Source of the DNA: Bacteroidales bacterium
GTDB taxonomy: Bacteria > Bacteroidota > Bacteroidia > Bacteroidales > UBA10428
Length of the DNA stretch: 64,000 bases
Direction of reading: 5' to 3'
Assembly (NCBI GenBank): GCA_016934395.1
Contig: JAFGSZ010000057.1
Span: 19,421-83,420, forward strand
Positions 46,542 to 55,134 of this stretch are shown here, in pieces. Position numbers and translations under genes: made by a program. Numbering within the stretch: position 1 is the first letter of the stretch; the number at the start of each line of letters is the position of its first letter. The notes below the pieces were generated by a model that made no database searches, had not been told where the DNA came from, and saw only the letters and a list, made by a program, of their open reading frames with translations.

Positions 46542-46559
46542 TTGTTCCAAATTTCACAA
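46542..46559. promoter_or_regulatory. Degenerate Rex-like site at the head of the group-4 operon
   Basis: TTGTTCC-AAAT-TTCACAA has one perfect TTCACAA half-site and one 5/7 half-site. It lies 5-22 nt upstream of the ATG at 46537. Confidence 0.35.
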
Positions 46560-46695
46560 TAATTGGAGTAAATATAATTCAAATGATTATATTTGTCAAT
46601 AAATTCTCCCGATTTTTTCCCGAAAGCTAAAATTACTTATTCACATTTAATTAACGTTTTCTATTAATCTATTATAAAATAAGAGTTTGGAAGTT

Positions 46696-47298
46696 ATGGT
46701 TAATCAGAAATCACTAAAAAGATTTCTTCAATACAGATTAAGTCTGATTAAATTTCAGCGACTGGGTTTTGAAAAAGTGTTTTCTTATAATTTGGGTAAA
46801 GATGTGGGCGTAACTGCTGAACAGGTTCGTAAAGATTTTTCAATGTTTGGATTAAAAGGCAGTAAACGTGGTGGTTACGACATAAAATATCTGTTAAAAA
46901 CGATAGATGAAATTTTTAAGCGAAACGGAGAAAGGCAGGTTATTATAATAGGTATGGGAAATATTGGACAAGCCTTATGCAATTACCAGGGATTTAAAGA
47001 AAATAATATTATTATAGTTGCTGGTTTTGATCTTGATCCGGCAAAGTACTCTAAAAAATATGCCATACCTGTGCACTCAACGGATAAAATGGAAGAAGTG
47101 ATTAAAAAGAACAGCATTAGAACTGCTATTATTGCTGTGCCGGAGTTTGCTGGTCAGGAGGTTTGCGATCAACTGGTTTCTTTGGGCATAAAAGGTATTC
47201 TGAATTTTTCTCCGGTAAACTTAAAGGTCCCGGAAGATATTGTGGTAAATTATGTTAACCTGAGAAATGAGCTGGAAAGTTTATTTTATTACACCTGA
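46696..47298 (+). CDS. rex: Redox-sensing transcriptional repressor Rex (copy 1)
   Basis: N-terminal wHTH (RFLQYRLSL...AEQVRKDFSMFG...GYDIKYL) and a Rossmann motif IIIGMGNIGQAL. The ORF track starts at the TTG at 46687. Confidence 0.88.
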   Translation: MVNQKSLKRFLQYRLSLIKFQRLGFEKVFSYNLGKDVGVTAEQVRKDFSMFGLKGSKRGGYDIKYLLKTIDEIFKRNGERQVIIIGMGNIGQALCNYQGFKENNIIIVAGFDLDPAKYSKKYAIPVHSTDKMEEVIKKNSIRTAIIAVPEFAGQEVCDQLVSLGIKGILNFSPVNLKVPEDIVVNYVNLRNELESLFYYT

Positions 47299-47483
47299 GT
47301 CTGTCTTTTTATCTATTTTATAATGATTCCAACCTTCTGATTTGTTATTATTCTTTCAATTTTATTGTGAATTCTGATTCTTATCATGAACTGACCAAAA
47401 TCATATATGGATTTTGAAAATTTCTATTCATTTACTTTAAATTTAATCGGTAAAATATTAACCTTCATAACAGTGCTCAGAAT

Positions 47484-48599
47484 ATGAAAATTGGATGTGT
47501 TAAAGAAATCAAAAAACATGAATATCGTGTTGGGTTAACCCCCTCGGATGTAAAATCGTACATATCGCGGGGCCATGAAGTTAAAATCCAGAAAGATGCC
47601 GGTGAAGCTGCCGGTTTTGAAGATATCGCCTATAAAAATGCAGGCGCTGTTGTTGTAGCCGACAGAAAAGAGATTTTCGACTGGAGCGATATGATTGTTA
47701 AAGTAAAAGAACCCATTCCCGAAGAGTATGATCTTTTCCATGAAAATCAGATATTATATACCTATTTGCACCTTGCTGCAAATCGTGAACTTACTGAAAA
47801 GCTTATGGAAAAGAACGTAAAAAGTGTAGCTTACGAAACCATTGAAGAAGAAGAAGGTCATTTGCCATGTCTGCAACCGATGAGCGAAATTGCCGGCAGG
47901 CTGGCGGTTCAGGAGGGCGCCAAATACCTTGAAAAGACATATGGGGGCCGCGGTATTTTATTAGGGGGCGTACCCGGTGTTGGCCGTGGAAAAGTAGGTA
48001 TTATTGGCGGAGGTGTTGTAGGTACCAATGCCTGTAAAATTGCCACCGGCATGGGCGCCGATGTTACGATTCTGGATATTAATGCCCGACGGCTGGCTTA
48101 TCTCGATGATATTTTTGGCTCCAGAATTACCACATTATACAGCACAGATGCCAATATTGAAAAAGTATTGAGAGAAAGTGACCTGATTATTGGTGCCGTA
48201 TTACTTCCTGGCGCAAAAGCCCCTACACTGGTAAGCCGGGAGGATCTCAAATTAATGAAAAAAGGTTCTGTAATTGTTGATGTTGCGGTAGATCAGGGCG
48301 GCTGTATTGAAACCATACGGCCTACAACACACGATGATCCGGTATATGTAATAGATGAGGTGGTACATTACGGTGTTGCCAATATGCCCGGCGCAGTGGC
48401 TTTAAGCTCAACCAACGCACTTACCAGCACTACCCTGCCCTACGGTTTAATGATCGCGGAATTGGGTCTTGAAGAAGCCTGTAAAAAATCAAATGCAATA
48501 AAGCTTGGAATTAATATTTATAAGGGAAAGTGTGTCTATCCCAACGTTGCTAAGGCATTCGATATGCCTTATTATTTAATTGACAGTCTTTTGGATTAA
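47484..48599 (+). CDS. ald: Alanine dehydrogenase
   Basis: MKIGCVKEIKKHEYRVGLTP, the NAD-binding motif VGIIGGGVVGTNA, and VDVAVDQGGC. Confidence 0.92.
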   Translation: MKIGCVKEIKKHEYRVGLTPSDVKSYISRGHEVKIQKDAGEAAGFEDIAYKNAGAVVVADRKEIFDWSDMIVKVKEPIPEEYDLFHENQILYTYLHLAANRELTEKLMEKNVKSVAYETIEEEEGHLPCLQPMSEIAGRLAVQEGAKYLEKTYGGRGILLGGVPGVGRGKVGIIGGGVVGTNACKIATGMGADVTILDINARRLAYLDDIFGSRITTLYSTDANIEKVLRESDLIIGAVLLPGAKAPTLVSREDLKLMKKGSVIVDVAVDQGGCIETIRPTTHDDPVYVIDEVVHYGVANMPGAVALSSTNALTSTTLPYGLMIAELGLEEACKKSNAIKLGINIYKGKCVYPNVAKAFDMPYYLIDSLLD

Positions 48600-48604
48600 A
48601 TCCC

Positions 48605-48632
48605 AATACACCCCTGAAATATGGGGTGTATT
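48605..48632. terminator. Bidirectional terminator between ald and rex copy 2
   Basis: AATACACCCC-tgaaatat-GGGGTGTATT forms a 10-bp perfect stem, followed by CTTTAT. It lies between convergent stops at 48599 and 48640. Confidence 0.7.
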
Positions 48633-48639
48633 CTTTATG

Positions 48640-49260
48640 TTAATCTTTTGCTTTTATAAAAAACCCAATCTCTTCGAGCGAAGTAATAATATCGTAATTT
48701 TTTATATAAATTCCTGCAGGTAAATCAAGGTGCATTGAAGTAAAATTTAAAATACCTTTCACACCGGCATGAATTAATCTGTGTGCTGTATCTAACGCCA
48801 CATCCATTGGAAGTGTTAAAATTGCAATATGAATATTCAGTTCATCAACCTTTTTTCGGATATCTTTTATTGAAAAACATTCAATACCTGCAACTTTCCG
48901 GTTTATTTTTTTGGCATCCACGTCAAACCCCGCAACCACATTCATTTGTGTATTTGAATTACGAATAAATGTAGAAATGGCGCTGCCCAGGTTTCCCATG
49001 CCTATAATTGCTATATTATAACCTTTTTTATGATCTATAACACTTCCAATATGTGTAACCAATTCCTGTATGTTGTAACCCTTTCTGTGATTCCCGGATA
49101 AGCCGATCAGCATCATATCACGCCTTACCTGCACAGGAGTGAGGTTAAGTTGCAACGCCAGGTCGTGCGAAAAAATATGAGCTTCTTTAATATTTTTATA
49201 TTTTTCAAGTAACCGCCGATATTGGCTTAAGCGTTTTACAGTGCGTGGAGGTAGATCCAT
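48640..49260 (-). CDS. rex: Redox-sensing transcriptional repressor Rex (copy 2)
   Basis: RLSQYRRLL...PVQVRRDMMLIG...GYNIQEL and IAIIGMGNLGSAI. Confidence 0.88.
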   Translation of the reverse strand: MDLPPRTVKRLSQYRRLLEKYKNIKEAHIFSHDLALQLNLTPVQVRRDMMLIGLSGNHRKGYNIQELVTHIGSVIDHKKGYNIAIIGMGNLGSAISTFIRNSNTQMNVVAGFDVDAKKINRKVAGIECFSIKDIRKKVDELNIHIAILTLPMDVALDTAHRLIHAGVKGILNFTSMHLDLPAGIYIKNYDIITSLEEIGFFIKAKD

Positions 49261-49338
49261 AAAAATTAGTTAAAATTATCATTAAATTAGACAGCGTTAA
49301 AATTACTCGATTTTTATCAATTTTCAATTTACGCCCTT

Positions 49339-51630
49339 ATGGGATCAAAAACAAATACTATTGCCAAACGGTTCATAATAAAAGGAAGAGTCCAGGGTGT
49401 AGGTTTCAGGCCTTATGTTTTTCGTCTGGCATACGAATACAGGCTGTCCGGATTTGTCTATAACCAAACAGATGCAATAGTTATAAAAGTGCAGGGCGAT
49501 TTATCGGATATCAATAAATTTTCTGCCGACCTGCCGGAAAGATTACCTCCTGCTGCCAATATAACCTCATTAAGTATAACTACAGAACCTGTTGAAAATA
49601 TTAAAACCTTCACGATTAAAGAAAGCCTGGACCTGAATGATGATATATCGGAAATTAGTCCGGATATCGCTGTTTGTAATGAATGCCTTGAAGATATTAA
49701 ATCACAACATCACCGGTTCAATTACCCCTTTATCAATTGCACGAATTGCGGGCCAAGATTTACCATTATTCAGGATTACCCCTACGACCGGAGAACAACA
49801 ACAATGGAAACATTTTCTATGTGCGGCACTTGTGAAAAAGAATATATAGATATACACGACAGGAGATTTCATGCCCAACCTGTAGCATGCAGTACTTGTG
49901 GTCCCCAATATGAATTGATTCAAAATTCAGTGTCCGTTTCGCGTATTCAGGAAATTATATTAAGGGTAAGTCAGCTGACAGAAGAGGGGAAAATAATTGC
50001 CATAAAAGGACTGGGGGGATTTTTTCTGATGTGTGATGCCTTAAATAATTCTGCCTCAAAAAAACTTCGTGATTCAAAAATACGCGAAGGAAAACCCTTT
50101 GCCGTAATGTTTAAAGATTTGAATACCATTGAGCAATACGCATTTGTTAATGAACAGGAAAAAAAGTCCCTTATTTCATGGCGACGCCCAATTGTTATCC
50201 TTGAGAAAAAGAAGGAACTTGCTCCTGAAGTAGGTAAAAACTTTAATACCATTGGCGCCTTTTTACCCTATATGCCCATCCATTATTTACTGTTCGAAAA
50301 ATTAAAAACCACGGCCATTGTTCTCACCAGCGGAAATATTTCCGATGAACCCATAATTATTGATAACCATAAAGCGCAGGCTGCACTTTCTCCTATATCT
50401 GATGCCTTACTGATTTACAATCGTGATATTTATAACCGCACAGATGATTCAGTTGTAAAAATCATAAATAACAAGGAACAGGTTTTCAGAAGATCGAGAG
50501 GATATGTACCGGAAGTTTTTGAGTTGCAGATCAATGCAGACTCCATTCTGGCTACAGGTGCAGAACTTGTGAATTGTTTTTGCCTGGGAAAAGGGAATAC
50601 AGCCATACTAAGCCAGCATATCGGCGATTTAAAAAATTATGAAACCTATGAATTTTACCTGGAATCCATAGAACGTTTTAAAAAATTATTCAGGATAAAA
50701 CCCACATTGATAGCTGCCGATTCCCATCCGGATTATCTGTCTGTGCGATATGCCCGTGAACTATCCCTGCCAATAGTGTTTGTACAGCATCATTATGCCC
50801 ATATTGTTTCGTGTATGGTAGAAAATCAGCTGAATACCCCGGTAATCGGAGTAAGCTTTGATGGAACGGGGTATGGTGATGATGGTAACATTTGGGGAAG
50901 TGAATTTTTAATCTGTGATTTAAAGGAGTACAAACGTGTTGCACATTTTGAATATATTCCATTGCCCGGTGGCGACAAAGCCACTGAAGAACCATGGCGT
51001 ACTGCAGTTTCATACTTGTATAAAATTTTTGGGAAAGAACTAACTTATTCAGACCTCCCTTTTCTAAAAAAAATTGATTCGAACACGGTAAGTCTGGTAA
51101 TCCAATCCATCGAAAAAAACATTAATTGTCCGCTAAGTTGCAGTGCCGGAAGATTGTTTGATGCTGTAGCAGCATTACTAAATATATGCCCTGTTTCGGA
51201 TTTTCATGCCCAGGCGCCCATGTTGCTCGAATCTGTTCTACAAAAAAATGTCACAGATTTTTACCGGATACATCAGGATGATACATTATCCTTTTTGCCG
51301 GTGATTCAACATATTCTGGATGATATGAAAAATCTGGTCCCTGTTTCTGTGATATCGGCAAAATTTCATAACACGGTAGCAGAAGCTATTAAGAAAACTG
51401 TATTATCGATCAGAGAAACTTCAGGATTAAATCAGATTGCCTTGTCCGGAGGAACATTTCAAAATAAATACCTTACAGAATGCGTGGTGCAAAAGCTCGA
51501 AAATCTCAATTTTAAAGTATATACCCAGCATCTTGTTCCGTGCAACGACGGGGGTATAGCACTGGGACAACTGGCTGTGGCTGCTGAAAAAAGGAAAAAT
51601 TCCAGGTTAAATGAACTTCAGGAGGGATAG
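49339..51630 (+). CDS. hypF: [NiFe] hydrogenase maturation carbamoyltransferase HypF
   Basis: Acylphosphatase domain (KGRVQGVGFRP), two zinc-finger pairs (CNECLEDI...NCTNCGPRF; CGTCEKEY...CSTCGP), and YrdC- and Kae1-like domains. Confidence 0.93.
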   Translation: MGSKTNTIAKRFIIKGRVQGVGFRPYVFRLAYEYRLSGFVYNQTDAIVIKVQGDLSDINKFSADLPERLPPAANITSLSITTEPVENIKTFTIKESLDLNDDISEISPDIAVCNECLEDIKSQHHRFNYPFINCTNCGPRFTIIQDYPYDRRTTTMETFSMCGTCEKEYIDIHDRRFHAQPVACSTCGPQYELIQNSVSVSRIQEIILRVSQLTEEGKIIAIKGLGGFFLMCDALNNSASKKLRDSKIREGKPFAVMFKDLNTIEQYAFVNEQEKKSLISWRRPIVILEKKKELAPEVGKNFNTIGAFLPYMPIHYLLFEKLKTTAIVLTSGNISDEPIIIDNHKAQAALSPISDALLIYNRDIYNRTDDSVVKIINNKEQVFRRSRGYVPEVFELQINADSILATGAELVNCFCLGKGNTAILSQHIGDLKNYETYEFYLESIERFKKLFRIKPTLIAADSHPDYLSVRYARELSLPIVFVQHHYAHIVSCMVENQLNTPVIGVSFDGTGYGDDGNIWGSEFLICDLKEYKRVAHFEYIPLPGGDKATEEPWRTAVSYLYKIFGKELTYSDLPFLKKIDSNTVSLVIQSIEKNINCPLSCSAGRLFDAVAALLNICPVSDFHAQAPMLLESVLQKNVTDFYRIHQDDTLSFLPVIQHILDDMKNLVPVSVISAKFHNTVAEAIKKTVLSIRETSGLNQIALSGGTFQNKYLTECVVQKLENLNFKVYTQHLVPCNDGGIALGQLAVAAEKRKNSRLNELQEG

Positions 51631-51683
51631 CCTTTGAATGATAAAAAAAAATTATCTTTAAATTTTAATAAAATACGATTTTT

Positions 51684-51923
51684 ATGTGTCTTGCTATTCC
51701 TGCAAAGGTTATTGAAATACACGGTGAAACTGCAAAAGTTTCTATTGGAGGAACTACCGTAAATATCGGACTGCAAATGGTTGATGACGTTCGGATCGGT
51801 GATTACGTCCTTGTTCATACAGGTTTTGCATTGCAAAAGATCAGTGAAGAAGAAGCAAAAGAAACCCTTGAGATCATTAAAGAATATGAACAATCATTTG
51901 ATCAGACCGATCAGAAAGAATAA
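51684..51923 (+). CDS. hypC: Hydrogenase assembly chaperone HypC/HupF
   Basis: The MCLAIPAKV N-terminus with the essential Cys2, 79 aa. Confidence 0.9.
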   Translation: MCLAIPAKVIEIHGETAKVSIGGTTVNIGLQMVDDVRIGDYVLVHTGFALQKISEEEAKETLEIIKEYEQSFDQTDQKE

Positions 51924-51937
51924 TGCTACAAGTTGGT

Positions 51938-53026
51938 ATGAAATACATTAATGAATTCAGAAATAAAAAAATAGTTGCTGATTTATCTGCTCAAATAGTA
52001 AAATTATCAAAATCAAAGATCACCTTAATGGAAGTATGTGGCGGGCATACTATGGCCATTCAGAAATTTGGTATCCCTTCGCTCCTGCCAGATACTATAA
52101 ACCTGATCTCAGGCCCGGGTTGTCCGGTTTGTGTTTCTTCGCGCAATTATATCGATAATAGTATACAGCTTGCCCGCTTTCCTGAAAATATAATTACAAC
52201 CTATGGCGATTTGATCAGGGTTCCCGGATCGCAGTCAAGTTTGGATATAGAGAAAGCCTCAGGGGCAGATGTAAGAATTGTATACTCAACACTGGATGCG
52301 CTTGAAATTGCCCGGAAGAATCCGGGCAAGAATATTATTTTTCTCGGTATTGGTTTTGAAACAACCACACCATCCAGCGCTGTCGCCATTCAGCAGGCAG
52401 CCAAAGAAAAGATTACAAACTTTTTTGTATACAGTACCCATAAAATTATGCCTCCGGCCATGGAAGCCCTCATTGATGAAGGAATACAAATCGACGGTTA
52501 TATCGGGCCGGGCCATGTTAGTACTGTGGCAGGATCACAAATGTACCGGAACCTGGTAAACAGGTTCCGCATTTCGGTGGTAATTTCAGGATTTGAACCG
52601 GTAGATATCCTGCAATCCATTTATATGCTGGTTAAGCAACACGAAACCCGGGATAAAAAAATCGAAATACAATATACCCGAACGGTGTTGCCTGAGGGTA
52701 ACCTTAAAGCCCGCAAACTTGTAGATGAGGTATTTGAGCCGCGTAATGACTGGTGGCGCGGATTGGGAATTATTTCAGACAGTGGATTAAAAATCAGGGA
52801 GAAATATGTTTTGTTTGATGCAGAAAAAAAGTTTAATCTTGAGGATAAAGAAATAAAAGAACCCGGGGGCTGCATCTGCGGCGAGGTATTAAAAGGCTTA
52901 AAAAAGCCTGTTGAATGCGGGTTGTTTAAAAAAGTATGTACTCCTGAAAATCCGGTTGGGGCCTGCATGGTCTCTAATGAGGGAGCTTGTAATGCGTATT
53001 TTAGATTTTCTGGTTATGAAGGATAA
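51938..53026 (+). CDS. hypD: Hydrogenase maturation protein HypD
   Basis: MKYINEFRN start and motifs CGGHT and GPGCPVCV. An alternative ATG at 51923 overlaps the hypC stop (TAATG). Confidence 0.9.
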   Translation: MKYINEFRNKKIVADLSAQIVKLSKSKITLMEVCGGHTMAIQKFGIPSLLPDTINLISGPGCPVCVSSRNYIDNSIQLARFPENIITTYGDLIRVPGSQSSLDIEKASGADVRIVYSTLDALEIARKNPGKNIIFLGIGFETTTPSSAVAIQQAAKEKITNFFVYSTHKIMPPAMEALIDEGIQIDGYIGPGHVSTVAGSQMYRNLVNRFRISVVISGFEPVDILQSIYMLVKQHETRDKKIEIQYTRTVLPEGNLKARKLVDEVFEPRNDWWRGLGIISDSGLKIREKYVLFDAEKKFNLEDKEIKEPGGCICGEVLKGLKKPVECGLFKKVCTPENPVGACMVSNEGACNAYFRFSGYEG

Positions 53027-54026
53027 AATTTTATTAGGACATGGCAGTGGCGGTAAAATGAGTGCAGACCTCATTAAAAATATATTTGTTAAAAATTTTA
53101 GCAATTCAGTTATTGAAGCGCTTACAGATTCGGCAATACTCAGTGTTGGAACCAGCAGTTTGGCTTTCACCACCGATTCGTATGTAGTGGACCCTGTTTT
53201 TTTCCCGGGGGGAAATATTGGTAAGCTGGCCGTTTGTGGCACTGTGAATGACCTGGCTGTCTCAGGCGCCGAACCCCTTTATTTGAGTGCATCTTTTATT
53301 ATCGAGGAAGGATTCCTGATCAAAGATTTGGAAACCATCGTACTCAGCATGAAAGATGAAGCCTGTGAAGCCGGAGTTAGTATTGTAACCGGCGACACTA
53401 AAGTTGTAAAAAAAAGACAATGTGACAAACTTTTTATAACAACTTCCGGGATTGGTATCCTGGAGCCAAAAAATGATCATATTGCCACAGGCAGCACTAT
53501 AAAAGCCGGCGATAAAATTATTGTAAACGGATACTTGGGAGATCACAGTGCAGCAGTGCTTATGGCCAGAAATGAGTTAAATGTACAATCGTCTGTAATT
53601 TCTGATGTAGCTCCTTTAAATGGTTTAATAAAAAATGCTATGGCAGGAAATACAATACGATTTATGCGTGATATTACACGTGGCGGACTGGCCACTATTC
53701 TGGCAGAAATTGTGGAAAATCATAATTTTGGTATTCGTATTTACGAAGAACATGTTCCGGTACGCCAAGAAGTAAAAGGGTTGTGTGAGATTTTTGGTTT
53801 CGATCCGCTTTACATGGCTAATGAAGGAAAACTGGTAGCCGTTGTCTCACCTGATTCGGCTGAATCGGTGCTTAAAAAAATGAGAAACCATAAATATGGA
53901 AAGCATGCAGCAATCATCGGAGAAATTACAAAAAACCATCCCGGTAAAACAGTAATGGAATCAATAATAGGTGGAAACCGGATTATTGATAAATTGGCCG
54001 GAGAACAGCTTCCACGTATTTGTTGA
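53016..54026 (+). CDS. hypE: Hydrogenase maturation protein HypE
   Basis: LGHGSGGKMS N-terminal motif, an AIR-synthase-like body and a C-terminal PRIC. The start at 53016 overlaps the hypD stop by 11 nt. Confidence 0.92.
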   Translation: MKDKILLGHGSGGKMSADLIKNIFVKNFSNSVIEALTDSAILSVGTSSLAFTTDSYVVDPVFFPGGNIGKLAVCGTVNDLAVSGAEPLYLSASFIIEEGFLIKDLETIVLSMKDEACEAGVSIVTGDTKVVKKRQCDKLFITTSGIGILEPKNDHIATGSTIKAGDKIIVNGYLGDHSAAVLMARNELNVQSSVISDVAPLNGLIKNAMAGNTIRFMRDITRGGLATILAEIVENHNFGIRIYEEHVPVRQEVKGLCEIFGFDPLYMANEGKLVAVVSPDSAESVLKKMRNHKYGKHAAIIGEITKNHPGKTVMESIIGGNRIIDKLAGEQLPRIC

Positions 54027-54032
54027 GAGCTT

Positions 54033-54440
54033 TTAATTGAAATATCCTGTATCATCATGTAAATATTTTCCTGCTTCCGAGGGGTTTTCAAAAAGTAAAT
54101 CATGTTCCTTACATCCTACCCGTGAACAAAAAATAATAACGCCCCCTCCTTCAATATCGAAACCAACCATTTTTGCGCTACACTCCGGACAAAATTTATC
54201 CGAGATCAGACTCTTATGACATTCAGGACAAAAAAACTTTGCAGAAATTCTGTCAGGAAGAGGTATGTTCGCTTTTCTTTCATAACAACCATACACAGGG
54301 CAGAGATGGATGATGCCTCGTTCACCTGCTATTTCGATATCTGCTCTAATTGCCGGCAGATTATGCAACTTTACATGGCTGTCCATTAATGACCTGTGGC
54401 ATTCCGGACATTTCACTGCTAAAGAAATTTGCTTCTCCAT
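54033..54440 (-). CDS. Cys-rich double zinc-ribbon protein of unknown function (paralog of 33731-34156)
   Basis: 135 aa with the same 10-Cys pattern as the paralog. It is convergent with hypE and divergent from hypA. Confidence 0.7.
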   Translation of the reverse strand: MEKQISLAVKCPECHRSLMDSHVKLHNLPAIRADIEIAGERGIIHLCPVYGCYERKANIPLPDRISAKFFCPECHKSLISDKFCPECSAKMVGFDIEGGGVIIFCSRVGCKEHDLLFENPSEAGKYLHDDTGYFN

Positions 54441-54699
54441 GGTTTAAAATTATTTAATTATTAGTTGAAAAATGCAGTGTAAGTGAATGGTATTTGAGTA
54501 TGAATAAGATGAAAAATTGTTATTCATTTTTTAATGAACTACCTCGCATAAAAGCTGACGAAGTATAACCAGGAAATTTTTTCCGTTTTTAGCTTTAAAA
54601 ATTATAATCTCTCTGATTTAAATAACGAGAATACAGAGTGGAAATTTTAATTAATCTATTTATTTATCTTTACTTTTTAAAAATTCTTATTCTGGTTAT

Positions 54700-55041
54700 A
54701 TGCATGAATTTTCAATAGCGCTCAATATCGTTAAACTCACTGAAGAAAACGCTAAAAAAGCCAATGCGAATAAGATTCTTGCCATCGATATTGAGGTGGG
54801 CAAATTTTCAGGCGTTGTAAACGATGCACTCCGGTTTGCCATGGAATCGGCAACAAAAGAAACCATGCTTGAACATGCACAAATAAACCTTATTGATAAA
54901 GAAGCGTGGGCAATATGCGAAGAATGCCACCATAAATTTTCAATTGAAAATTTTGCAGATGTTTGTCCTGAATGCCATTCGGTTCGGTATACCATTACTC
55001 AGGGAAAAGAACTCCGGGTTAAATCCATTGAAATTGAATAA
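54700..55041 (+). CDS. hypA: Hydrogenase nickel-insertion protein HypA
   Basis: The MHEFSIA N-terminus (Ni site) and a CEECHH...CPECHS zinc site, 113 aa. Confidence 0.9.
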   Translation: MHEFSIALNIVKLTEENAKKANANKILAIDIEVGKFSGVVNDALRFAMESATKETMLEHAQINLIDKEAWAICEECHHKFSIENFADVCPECHSVRYTITQGKELRVKSIEIE

Positions 55042-55134
55042 GAACTAAAATATCCTTCTTTCAGCAAATATTGACTTGTTCATTCACTTCATTTTTTCTA
55101 ATTTAGTCAATTCAACTTTTAATATTCTTGCTTT

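Noticed and set aside
47342-47359. Possible Rex site upstream of ald (TTGTTATTATTCTTTCAA)
   Set aside because: Only one half-site is convincing. The second matches 4/7, which is indistinguishable from chance in AT-rich intergenic DNA.
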